Origin: Azolla caroliniana
Taxonomy: Eukaryota; Plantae; Polypodiophyta
DNA: 64,000 nucleotides
Reading direction: 5' to 3'
Assembly (NCBI GenBank): GCA_043228905.1
Contig: JBHGNT010000012.1
Location: forward strand, 1,302,001-1,366,000
The notes beneath the pieces were generated by a model. The model was given only the letters and a program-made list of their open reading frames with translations. It did not search any database and was not told the DNA's origin. The first letter of the stretch is position 1. The number at the start of each line of letters is the position of its first letter. The position numbers were made by a program, and so were the translations under genes. Shown piece by piece: positions 37,882-49,985 of the stretch.

Positions 37882-40800
37882 CTAGGGCCTACACCGCAGG
37901 GAGGGCGGCAAGTGACTTGGAAACAGCCAGCGTGGGGGCTGGTAGTTCCACCTAGGACCACTTACTCCTTGTGTCACCATAGGCGTGTTTCGCCATTTCT
38001 GCCAAAAGCGCAAACGGGCAGTGACCACATCGTTGGAATGGCTGCAAACCTCGTCCAACTGCCCTTGTAGGCAGCTGATAAGAGCAAACCATATGTCCAT
38101 GATCACTTCCTCCGGGGGTCGCACCAGATCCTGAAAAACCTTCAGGCAACGCACTTTCCATATATACCACATGGTGAAGCCTGCGATCAACAACCAAATT
38201 TCCGAGAACCTAGGGGATGCGGACTGCAAGCCTCTTCCATAACGAATCTTGGCGATTTTGCCTCCACTGCATACATAGCACCAACTATCCGCATTGAAGG
38301 CGTCTGTCCACCTATCGTCGGAGTGATCAATCCATGCCGCAGTACTCCACGATGCGGTTCCTTCCACTTCACAAGCCACAAGGAGGCGAGTCACTCTATC
38401 CCATACCTTTTGAGCTTGAGAGCAATCCCATAGACAGTGCCTCAGAGTTTCAATAGGTGAAGGGCAGAGTGGGCAGCCTAAGGGGCCGCCATGTTTACCT
38501 AACCATTCGCCAATGGGAACCACATTATGATTGATCTGCCACCAAAAAAACTTGATCTTTTCAGGCATGTGGAGACGCCAGAGACCTTTCCAAAAAGTAA
38601 TGAGCACCTCATCAGGGATGCCCAATGTACACCAACCATTGCGTAAGGGGCCATCTAGCTGCAATTGTAAAGTCCGACCCAATTTAGTGTTGTACTCGAA
38701 GAAATGGCGAAGTCTGCCATCCTGTTTCCACCTGAAATCCCCTGGGTCCCATTCTAGTTCGATGAGGGGACAACCACCATATACCCATAACTTCCAATGG
38801 GGTTCCACCTTAGCAACATCTGGGTCTGTTTTCCAGATGTTACCAACTTGCGCCACCACGCGGATTGGGTGCCAAGAGCCCTTACTCTGCCTCTCCCCAA
38901 AAATTGTATCTCGTCCCGATCCACTCACACCCTTCAGCAACTTAACCACACCAGTCTCATCAAAGAGACCGAACCATATATCTTCGCTCACCTCCCCCAT
39001 CGAGACCCTATCAAGTGCCTCAACTATCAACCTCCGCATTTTCATGGCTCCCTTGAGGGGAGGGAAAGGGACCTCCTGGTCCCCTCCTGAAGCCACTGTG
39101 CGTCTCCAATCATCTATAGAGAGGAGCCCTGTTTGCGCCAACTTTCCCCAGGCTAGGCCCTTAAGCTGCCCTAACATCATGTCACCACTTGAACGCACTT
39201 GAGGGTTCCAAAATAATGGCTGTCTAGCCCACTCGACTAGTGTCTCTGGCGTGTGCTTGACCAAATGACGTCTTACGTGACACCATGCCCGCAAGATGGA
39301 GTTCGTGACCCGCTCCTCCGGTTGACAAGCCAACTTGGGAGGGACTCCACTCGTGCAACACCAATTCAAGGAATCCGGCCAAGGCCTACCATACTTGGGC
39401 GTCCCTGCTTGCAGCTTATTGCGAAGTAGTACCTTCCAACACCCCTTACCTGGCAAGAGGCATCGAACCACCATTTTGGCTAGCAATGCTCGGCTCTGCA
39501 TTAAGGGGTCTATGAGGCCAAGCCCCCTTTTGGCCCGCGGTTGTGTTAACCAATGCCATGACACTCTGGCGGCAGCAAACGGGTTTTCCTTACCTGACCA
39601 TATAAACCCCCTGATGGCAGCCTTAATTGCGCGCAAACTTGAGGGGTCCATAATCCAGCAGGAGACTGAGTGCCACATGGTGGCGAGCAACACTTGGTTC
39701 GCAATAAGAACCCTACCAGCGAAGGAAAGTTTAGATCTGCTCCATTGGATCAACTTCTTGCTTATTTTGGTTTGCACATGTGACAATTGCACTCCCTTGG
39801 GGATTGCCCTCCCCATCGTAAATCCTAGGTATTTGAATGTCGTCCCATCAGGGATCCAAGCAAAATCAGCGTGGGGTTGCCACCCTTGCTTCTCTTGTTT
39901 GCTGAACCAGAGGCCTTGGGTTTTATCCCAATTGATCTTGGCTCCAGTAGCCTGACAAAGGTCCTCAACAAGTTGTTCAGCCCGCTGCAGATTCGCGTCA
40001 TTGCCCTGCAAGAAAAGGACCGTATCGTCGGCATATTCAGATAGCAGCAGATCTTCAGACGCATTGGGGATGGACAATCCCCTCAATCTGTTGCTTGGTG
40101 CTTGTAAATAAGCAGAGAAAGCCTCAGTGACAAATAGGTAGAGATATGGAGCTAGGGGACAACCTTGCCTCACTGAGCGATGTAGTTGGAAGGCAGGGCC
40201 CCTAGCACCAGCTACCAACACACTACTAGAAGCATTCCGATAGAGTGCAGAAGTGCAATTCCTCCATTGTTGGGGTAGGCCCATAGCGCTCATCACTCTT
40301 TCCAAAAACGGCCATAATACCCTGTCATAGGCCTTCTCAAAGTCTAACAGTAGAATAGCCGAGCTCGATACGGTACGATCTGCTAATGCCATAACTTCCC
40401 AGAGAAGAAATACATTATCAAAGATACACCTACCCTTGATAAACCCAGTTTGATTCTCGTGAATGATGTCTGGTAAGAAGCTTGCTATCCGCCTAGCTAA
40501 GACTTTTGCAAGTATCTTGTATATCGTGTTAAGGATCGTGATTGGACGCCATTGGCGCAGCTCTAGGCTTCGCCCTGCCGCTTTAGGGATGAGATAGATC
40601 ATCCCCTCAGCCATGCAAGATGGCACCGTTCCCGAGGCCCAAATCTCCTGAACCCCGGCTTCCAATGACGGGATAACAGTGTCCCAATGAATCTCAAAAA
40701 AATCTCGTGAGAGACCATCGGGGCCGGGGCATGCTCCTCTCCGCAATTCCCTAAGTGCTTCCGAGAGTTCTAATCGAGAAATGGGGTTGTCGAGCACAAC

Positions 40801-42438
40801 TTCCATCTCGTGGGTTACCTTGGGGTGAATGCAAGCCAACACCCTCTCAGCCAGCTCCATGTTTTGTTGCATATGCACAGGTGCGAGCAGGTCACAATAG
40901 TATTCTGTCGCCATATGCAGAATCTCATCCTTGTCCTCCGTTATTGAACCATCTGGTTTGCGAAGCCCTTGTATATGTCCACCTCCACCCTTGGGTGCTC
41001 TGTAGTGAAAGAAATGGCGGTTGACCTTGTCATCTTTTCTAGCCCACCATGCTGCGGTCCTTCGAAACAGCATGCGGTTCTTCTCCAACATCCTTTCCCG
41101 CAGCTTTATCTTTGCTTCCTCCAACTTGGCTGTAGACCAATTGCAACTAGGGTCTGCTTGCAGCAGCCGTTGCGCGGCCGCAACAGATTTCCGTAATTTT
41201 GTTTCAATGGCTCTAGCCTGCTGAAGGGCCAGCTTGGTTTCTTGCTGTAAAAAGGAGGAGGAGAGGGTCAATTTTTTCTGCAGATCCTCACTAGCCGATT
41301 CACTTACAATGGTCTCCCGCCATATACTTTGCAGCCCTGCCTTCACCTTTGCACTCTTCATGATCTTGGTGGGGATTTTCACATTGAGACTCCCCTTGCT
41401 GCCACGGGGTGGGTTAAGGTCTAATCTCATCGGCTGGTGATCAGAGAAGGTGAGACTTGCCAAGATGGCAAAGGAGCCCCCCAACTCTTCGAGGGACGAG
41501 CTGATGTATATGTGGTCTAGCCGTGCAAGACTACCACCCCTAGCATTCGCGGCAGCTCGGGAGAAGTGAAGCGAATGTGAGCATCTTCTAACGGAGGAGC
41601 CCCATGTATCCTTCACCCCAATTTTGCCGATTAGGAAAGCCCACGAGTCCAACTCCGCACCATGAAGCGGTCTTTGGGTCCCCCCTTTCCTATCCCCCAG
41701 GTGCTCCGTCATGTTGAAATCACCAGCCATTATCCACGCCTCTGCCTCAGGCAATGTTGTCGCTAACATCCGCCAAAAGATTGCTCTCTCGGGGGAAGAG
41801 TTAGGGGCATAAATGTTTAACACCCCAATTTGAAGGCTGTTCCATTTCAGAAGCACATATAAGGCTCTTCCTGCCACCAGCGTGCCATGTGATGTTACTT
41901 CGTAACGGGCCTTATCGCTGATCAAGATGCAGACCCCTCCTCTTCGGTGGAGGTCACCCTGTGCAGCCGACCACCATGTGGTCCACCCACCCGACAAGGG
42001 GTTTACTAGGCTCTGAGCTCTCTCTTGAGAGAGGTGTTGGGATTACGGTCCCTCCGGATGGGATGTCTGGAGATGAATGACGGCAAGCCCGGTTGCGGTT
42101 ACGGAACCGGATGATGAAGAGTACCTGGCATGAAGCCGGATGAAGAGTACCCGGATGCGGATCCGGATGATGAAGAGTACCCGGCATGAAGCCGGATGAA
42201 GAGTACCCGGATGCGGATCCGGATGATGAAGACCCCGGCTACGGAGCCGGATGACGAATGTACCCGGAGAGAGATCTGGATGCAGGGACATATTTGTGAA
42301 TATGTTTGCTAAGAGCCCTTGAGGCTATATTTGTAAATATCCCGAAAGTCACATATGTATAAATATGACTTAGGGCAAACAGTTTTATGTTGCTGCTCAT
42401 TTTCTGTTTTCACTGAGTGGGAGCGAAGTGAGAGCAGC

Positions 42439-42470
<32 letters not shown>

Positions 42471-45400
42471 GAGGAGGTCGTTGCCTCTGTGTATTACCGC
42501 CGCCTGTGGCGAGGACAGCGAGCTCAAGGTCGTCGCCTTGCAGCTCGCCATTGTATACTTCTCTGTATAGTGTTGGTTTGGAGTCTTGTACTCCCGTGGT
42601 TTTTCCCGTTTAGGGTTTTCCACGTTAATCCCTGTGTTATCGTGTCTTTCTCTGTGTTTCCTATTTTCTACTGCATTTGATTCGAGATTTCTCGGTTGTG
42701 GCCGAAACGGTGAAGGTGAATCGAAGCGTGGATTCACAACAAAGTGGTATCAGAGCGACGGCAGTGCAGAAAATGGAAGGCGGCAGCAGCGGGCAGCCGG
42801 GGATGATGGTGCTGAATGCGCAGAACTACGCCGACTGGAAGATCAAGATGGAGGATCTTCTGATTGTTCGGGACCTGTACGAACCGATTGACAGGTCGGA
42901 AATACCGAAGGGGGTACTTGAGACGGAATGGAGGCTCCTGAACCGGAAAGCCGTAGCGACGATCCGGCAATATGTCGATGTAAGTGTCCTGCAACATGTG
43001 GCGAACGATACGAACGCCTATGAGATGTGGAAGAAGCTGTCGGGCCTCTACGAGAGGAAGAATGCGTTGAACCGGACCTCCCTGATGAGGAAGATAGTGA
43101 ACCTCAAGTACCGGGACGGCGAGAGCATGGTGGAACACGTAAGCACGTTCATGGGATTCGTGAACCAGCTTGCGGCAATCAAGTTCCCGCTGGAGGATGC
43201 AATGCAAGCCATCATTCTGATGTGTACATTGCCGGAAAGCTGGGAGAACTTGGTGGTGACTCTCAGCACCTCCTGCACCGAAGATAACTTGTCTCTACAA
43301 ACGGTAAAGACAAGTATTTTGAACGAAGAAGCGCGTCGGAGAGATAAAGAACCGGCCTCCGACCCGAAGGCGCTGCTTACCGAATCGGAACGGGGAAGAC
43401 AATGGAACCGGAGTCCGCAAAGACGGGAGAAGTCGGGGACCCGGTCGCAGTCAAGAGGAAGGCCCACATGCTTCCACTGTGGGAAGCCGGGGCACTTCCG
43501 GAAGAATTGTCGGCATTACCGAAAAGACAACGGAGCCGACGACACCGATTCGAAGAAGTCACCGGAGAGAAACGGTGCATACCGGGGAGCCACGGACCGG
43601 AGAGGTCCGGATCGGCGAGGGCAGGACCGGAAAGGAACGACGGCACTCGCGGCAAGTGAAGAAGAAATAATGCTCATTACCGAAGAGAGGGAGCTGAACC
43701 TTGCCGGTGAAGAGATGACCTGGGTGGTCGATTCCGGAGCGTCGTTCCACCTGACCCCGGAGAAGAAATACTTCTCATCCTACATAGCCGGTGAGCACGG
43801 CTGTGTCCGGATGGGAAATGAAGGTACGTGCCGGATTGCCGGCATAGGAGACGTGTGGCTGATGACATCAACCGGATGCAAGATGCTGCTGAAGGATGTT
43901 CGACACGTTCCGGAGGTTCGATTGAACCTGATTTCGGCCGGGAGGCTAGACGATGAAGGCTACACGGGTAGCATCCGGAACGGTGTCATGAAGTTCAGCA
44001 AGGGGAGCCTGATAGTGGCTCGGGCCCGGAAGGTCAACACACTGTACCTGATGAATTCCCGGCTATGTCCGGAGGAGTTGAATGTGGCAGCCGACACTGC
44101 CGGTGAGCTGTGGCACAAGAGACTGTGCCACATGAGTGAGAAGGGGATGAAGAGGCTTGCAGAAGACAACCTTATTCCAGTGAAGCATGTGCACCTGGAG
44201 AAGTGCACCGATTGCCTGGCCGGTAAGCAGAACCGAGCCTCCTTCCACTCAAGGCCACCGACGAGACGTAGTGCACCATTGGAGCTGGTGCACACTGATG
44301 TGTGTCAGGTAGAAACGAAGTCACATGGCGGAGCCCAGTACTTCGTGACATTCATAGATGACCATAGCCGGAAGCTGTGGACGGCACCGTTGAAGACAAA
44401 GGACCAAGTATTGTCCGTCTTCAAAGAACTCCACGCGAGAGTGGAAAGAGAATCCGGCAAGAAGCTGAAAGCGATACGAGCGGATAACGGAGGAGAATAC
44501 CGAGGGCAATTTGAGGAGTATTGCCGCTCGATGGGAATCCGGCTCGAGTTTACCGTGCCGAAGACGCCGGAACTGAACGGGCTGGCCGAGAGGATGAACC
44601 GGACCATAATGGAGAGGGTCCGGAGTATGCTGGCGCATGCAAAATTACCCAAGGGGTTCTGGGCTGAGGCAATGTCGACGGCGACATATGTGATAAACAG
44701 ATCACCCTCAGTACCTTTGGACGGAGACACGCCGCAGAAAGTGTGGACCGGTGAGGAAGCGTCCTACCGGCACCTGAAGGTGTTCGGGTGTCTCGCATAC
44801 GTGCATGTGGCAAAGGACCGGAGAGGAAAGCTAGATCCAAAGACCCGGCCATGCATATTCCTCGGTTACGGCGACAATGAGTTCGGCTACCGAGTATGGG
44901 ACCCGGTCGACAAGAAGATATTCAGGAGTCGAGACATCATCTTCATGGAGGACTAGACACTCGCCGACTGGGAGTCGGAGAAGAAGATGAAGAGCTCCAA
45001 GTCGACCGGTGAGAATCAACTCTACAAGGAGCAGTCCCGACCGGCAATAGACCAGTTAGCACTTGAGGATCCGGCCGAAGAAGGTGAAGAAACAGAACCG
45101 GCCGAAGAAGATGAAAATGATACCGGAACCGGCCCCGATCCCGAAATGGATTCGGATGAAGAAGAATCGGAAGAACCGGTTACCGAAGCTCCGGAACGGA
45201 GATATCCTCTAAGAGAGAGAAGGGCCCCCCGGAGATTTCCGGAACCAGAGCACGTGCTGCTAACAGACGAGGGGGAGCCGGAGAGCTTTGAAGAAGCGAA
45301 GCTTGATACACATAGCCGCAGGTGGTTAAGTGCCATGCAGGAGGAGATGGATTCCCTGCATGAGAACCACACATATGAACTTGTGGAGTTGCCGAAAGGA

Positions 45401-47698
45401 AAACGGGCACTCCGTAACAAGTGGGTGTTCAAGCTGAAACCGGGAGATGACGGAAACCCCCCGAGATACAAAGCCAGGATCGTGGTGAAGGGGTTTCAGC
45501 AGAAGAAGGGCGTCGACTTCGACGAGATATTTGCCCCGGTAGTGAAGATGACCTCCATCCGTACGGTGCTGAGCATAGCGGCAAGCATGGACCTCGAGGT
45601 AGAACAGATGGACGTGAAGACGGCATTTCTTCACGGTGACCTCGAAGAAGAGATCTACATGCAGCAACCGGAAGGATTCGAGAAGAAAGGGAAGGAGCAC
45701 CTGGTATGCCGGTTGAAGAAGAGCCTCTACGGTCTGAAGCAGGCTCCCCGGCAATGGTACCGGAAGTTCGACTCCTTCATGACAGACGAAGGGTACCACA
45801 AAACGCAGTCCGATCACTGCGTGTTTGTGAAGAAGTTCGAAGGAGGAGACTTTCTAATACTCCTCCTGTACGTGGACGACATGTTGATCGTCGGACGGGA
45901 CCAGGTCAAGATACGGATGCTGAAGAAGGCTCTTCACCGAACCTTCTCAATGAAGGACCTGGGTCCGGCGAGGCAAATACTAGGGATGCACATCATCCGG
46001 GACCGGAAGAAGAAGCAGTTGTGGCTGTCACAGGAGAAGTACGTGACAAAGGTGCTTCAACGGTTCAACATGTCGGAAGCAAGACCGGTCGGATCGACCC
46101 TCCCGGCAAACTGCAAGTTGTCCAGCAAGCAAAGCCCCAAGACAAAGGCTGAGAAAGAGGACATGATGAAAGTACCATATGCCTCTGCCGTCGGAAGCTT
46201 GATGTACGCAATGGTGTGTACGAGACCGGACATAGGATATGCAGTCGGAGTGGTGAGCCGGTACATGAGCAATCCCGGCAAAGAGCATTGGAACGCGGTC
46301 AAGTGGATACTCCGATACCTGAAGGGCACGGCAAACGTGTGCCTCCGATTCGGCTCCGGTAAGCCCCAACTCGACGGCTTCACCGATTCGGATATGTCGG
46401 CTGATGCAGATACCAGCCGGTCCACATCAGGGTATGTGATGACCTATGCAGGGGGAGCCGTTTCGTGGCAGTCGAGGCTGCAGAAGACGGTTGCGTTGTC
46501 AACCACGGAGGCGGAGTACATGGCAGCTGTTGAAGCCGGCAAGGAAATAATATGGATGAAGGACTTCATTAGAGAGCTCGGTATCCAACAGGAGGAGTAC
46601 CGACTCTACTGCGACAGTCAGAGTGCCATCCACCTTGCGAAGAACGCGGCCTACCATTCCCGGACGAAACACATCCAGCGTAGATACCACTGGATCCGGG
46701 AGAGGATAGAAGACGAGGAGTTCGTGCTGACGAAGATCCACACTGACGAGAACGGGTCGGATATGCTGACCAAGGTGCTCACACCCGACAAGCTGGAAGC
46801 ATGCCGGAAGAGGATCGGATTGGAGAGACATCCCATGCCGAAGTGAAGGGGGAGTTTGTTGGGATTACGGTCCCTCCGGATGGGATGTCTGGAGATGAAT
46901 GACGGCAAGCCCGGTTGCGGTTACGGAACCGGATGATGAAGAGTACCCGGCATGAAGCCGGATGAAGAGTACCCGGATGCGGATCCGGATGATGAAGAGT
47001 ACCCGGCATGAAGCCGGATGAAGAGTACCCGGATGCGGATCCGGATGATGAAGACCCCGGCTACGGAGCCGGATGACGAATGTACCCGGAGAGAGATCTG
47101 GATGCAGGGACATATTTGTGAATATGTTTGCTAAGAGCCCTTGAGGCTATATTTGTAAATATCCCGAAAGTCACATATGTATAAATATGACTTAGGGCAA
47201 ACAGTTTTATGTTGCTGCTCATTTTCTGTTTTCACTGAGTGGGAGCGAAGTGAGAGCAGCCGAGAGAGAGAGAGAGAGAGAGAGAAACGAGGAGGTCGTT
47301 GCCTCTGTGTATTACCGCCGCCTGTGGCGAGGACAGCGAGCTCAAGGTCGTCGCCTTGCAGCTCGCCATTGTATACTTCTCTGTATAGTGTTGGTTTGGA
47401 GTCTTGTACTCCCGTGGTTTTTCCCGTTTAGGGTTTTCCACGTTAATCCCTGTGTTATCGTGTCTTTCTCTGTGTTTCCTATTTTCTACTGCATTTGATT
47501 CGAGATTTCTCGGTTGTGGCCGAAACGGTGAAGGTGAATCGAAGCGTGGATTCACAACAAGAGGTGGTGTTCTTGCAAAAGCAATATGTTGATGTTGCCC
47601 CCAATATTAAGGGGATTCAACTCCTCCCGAAGTCTTTTGCACTCGTGATGTTGTCGGCCTCCACCAAGGCCCTGCACATTCCATGTTAGGATTCTCAT
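37882..47698 (-). CDS. LINE ORF2 (APE endonuclease, RT, zf-RVT); 1428 aa when 47698-47560 is joined to 42029-37882
   Basis: TWNVQGL, LLQEHH, NIYAPN, AGDFN, RLDHI, SDHQP, PGPDG, DFEKAYD, RQGCPLAP, YADD, CPLC...HCLWDC. The joined length of 4287 nt is in frame with no stops. Confidence 0.9.
42035..42741 (+). repeat. copia 5' LTR with tandem U3 repeats
   Basis: TGTTG...CAACA; 56-bp tandem unit built from CCGGATGA(TGA)AGAGTAC motifs. Confidence 0.95.
42773..46846 (+). pseudogene. copia gag-pol polyprotein with a single in-frame TAG (44954-44956)
   Basis: CFHCGKPGHFRKNC, WVVDSGASFH, LWHKRLCH, VHTDVC, RADNGGEY, NGLAER, MDVKTAFLHG, LLYVDDM, TEAEY; both ORFs in the same frame. Confidence 0.95.
46857..47559 (+). 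repeat. copia 3' LTR
   Basis: Direct repeat of 42035-42741. Confidence 0.95.
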
Positions 47699-47949
47699 CA
47701 AAAGGCGGATTTGGTGCCCATGTCGGGGCCGACTCCCATGTGAAGGGGCCACGAATGACGTCTTACGTGACCAAACTAAGCGTCAATCAGGGTTTAAGAG
47801 GAAAAGGAGTTATGGCGGGTTTAGGGTTACAGCGAGGGCCCCGAACGAAGCTTATTCCTATTACTTCAAGTGAGACAATGTCACAGGAAGCGATGGAGTG
47901 GTTTACGACTATAGAGAGCGCCCCGAATGCAACACATCAATGCCGAGTT

Positions 47950-49985
47950 TCCCTACTCCTCTTGTGTCAGGTATGTCTCTTCGATTAGGGTGTAAGGTTA
48001 ATCGTATGGCATTAGAGGGCAAGGGATCCAAAGGGCAGAGGGCTACAAAAGAACATGTTGGAGAAGTGGCCATCAGAGGGCAATAAAGTGTCAATGGTAG
48101 CAAATAAAGTATCGGTGGCAAGGGTGTTGGCCGTGCAGTTGGTGGAGTCGAGGTATGCATTACAAGGGATGAATAAGGATTGGGAAAAGCAACATGTTGG
48201 GAATTTGGGACACAAGAAAGCAAGCGATGCATGGAAAGATGTAGGGAAACATATTAATGGAGGAGTTAGTAGAATATGTAAGGAATTGGTGAATTAGATA
48301 GATAAGAGGGGATGGATGAAAGAGGAGATTAGGGCTCTCGTCAACAGTATGGCAGCAACCGTCTTCACAGTTGATGGCAGAGAGGATTCGTGAGTGTGGG
48401 GAGAGTCAGAGGTTTGGAAAGTAGATGTCGGGAAGCAAGAAGCTGAGGGAGGTCATTCCAACCTTGCATTATGGCATATGGACGGTGAGGGAGTAGAAGA
48501 GAGGCAGTGGGGACCGCAAGGAGGGTCACTTCAAGGGCTGACTGTTGTGGAGATGGAGGCCACGGAGTACACGTTGCAAGTGGAAAATCTTCTGCAAGAA
48601 TGTGGTCAGGTACATAATGCAGGCCTGAGAGGAGACCATGATAAGGAATTGAAAATGATGGAGAGTTCTGAGATACTAGATGTTTTTCAGTCCAAAGAAG
48701 AAAGTACAATCCTAAATGCAGAGATTAGAAGATTAAAGAAGTGTTCATTCATTTGTAAGCTACTTGGTGGTAGGCCCAGTAGAGGTATGGTCCATGACAT
48801 GTTACATGTAGCTCTAATGGATAAGGTCCCACAGATAAAGAATGTGGATAATATGGGACGAAACTTCTTTCACATTGAAGTGGTTGAGGGGAGTGATGTA
48901 TCACAAACTATTGATATGAAATGTGTAGAGCTCAAATATGGAAGAGCTCTTTTTTTGGAGTGGCATGCTAATTTCAATGTTATGGATGAGGTTAAGAAAA
49001 TTGGTAACCCCATGGTAATTTCTATGGTATTTCCTAATCTTCCACGACAATTATATCCTTTGATGCAAAAGATTAGGGAGAAGATTGGCACTGCCTGTTC
49101 CTGCAAAGGCAACCATGGTAGACAAAATTTGAGACTCCCCTAAGATTAGGATGCTTGTGCAAAGTTTCTATTGTAAAAAAAAGGGCCACATTGCTAAGGA
49201 ATACCCTAGGAAGATCAATAGTAATGTAAGGGGGGAGAAGGTTAAGGGACCGTTAACTAATCTAGAGACGATAAGGGTGACAAGATCGAGTACCCTCAAT
49301 GGGGTTGAGAAGGCGAAGACTAATGCAAACGGCTGGACTCTTGTTTTGGGACGCAAAAATGGCTCGCAACGAGAAGTAAACATGGATACGTCTGATGTAG
49401 ATTTGAGAAATCGTTTTGAAGTGTTCCAAGAAGAGGAGGACCTAGCATAGGATCCAAGGACAACTATTGTTGAAGAGGTGGTAGCATGCATAACTGAGGT
49501 CTTGCCAAAAAGTGCGATGGTTAGACAGGAAACTGCCATGAGCTCCCCCTCCTCCATTGGCAAAAGTGGAAGTATTGGATTGAGAGCAGTGAAAGACTGG
49601 TTAGGCAATGGGAGGTATGTCTCTTCGATTAGGGTGTAACGTTAATAGTAGGGTATTAGAGAGCAAGGGAGACAGAGGGTAGAGGGCTACAAAAGAACAT
49701 GTTGGAGAAGCAGCCATCAGAGGGCAATAAAGTGTCAATGGTAGCAAATAAAGTATTGGTGGCAAAGGTGTTAGCCGTGCGGTGGGTGGAGTCGAGGTAT
49801 TCATTACAAGGAATGAATAAGGATCGAGAGAAGCAGTAGGTTGGGAATTTGGGAGACAGGAAAGCAAGCGATGCATGGAAAGACCTAGGGAAACATATTA
49901 ATGGAGGATTTAGTAGGATATGTAATGAATTGGTGAATAAGACAGATAAGAGGGGATGGATGGAAGAGGAGATTAGGGCTCCCAT
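47950..49985 (+). pseudogene. decayed L1 ORF1 (DUF4283-like region and zinc knuckle) flanked by a ~370-bp direct repeat
   Basis: SFICKLLGGRPS...MGRNFFHIEV, FYCKKKGHIAKEYP, NRFEVF; 47969-48338 is repeated at 49613-49983. Confidence 0.65.

Larger units (their letters stand above)
42035..47559 (+). mobile_element. very young full-length Ty1/copia (Tnt1/Tork-like)
   Basis: LTRs 42035-42741 and 46857-47559 (one SNP plus AG-repeat length seen), TSD AGAGG (42030-42034, 47560-47564), tRNA-iMet PBS TGGTATCAGAGC 42745-42756, PPT GAAGGGGGAG. Confidence 0.97.
37662..47870 (-). mobile_element. L1-clade LINE, 5' truncated, interrupted by a copia insertion
   Basis: Poly(A) tail seen as a T run at 37662-37673; ORF2 resumes on the far side of the copia; 5' end approximate. 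Confidence 0.88.

Noticed and set aside
43000-46900. Numerous overlapping antisense or alternate-frame ORFs in the copia and other pol genes
   Set aside because: Expected by-products of GC-rich coding sequence; no independent evidence.
47698-48400. Twin-priming inversion joining the two head-to-head LINEs into one insertion
   Set aside because: The two LINEs are strongly diverged and of very different age (intact versus riddled with stops).
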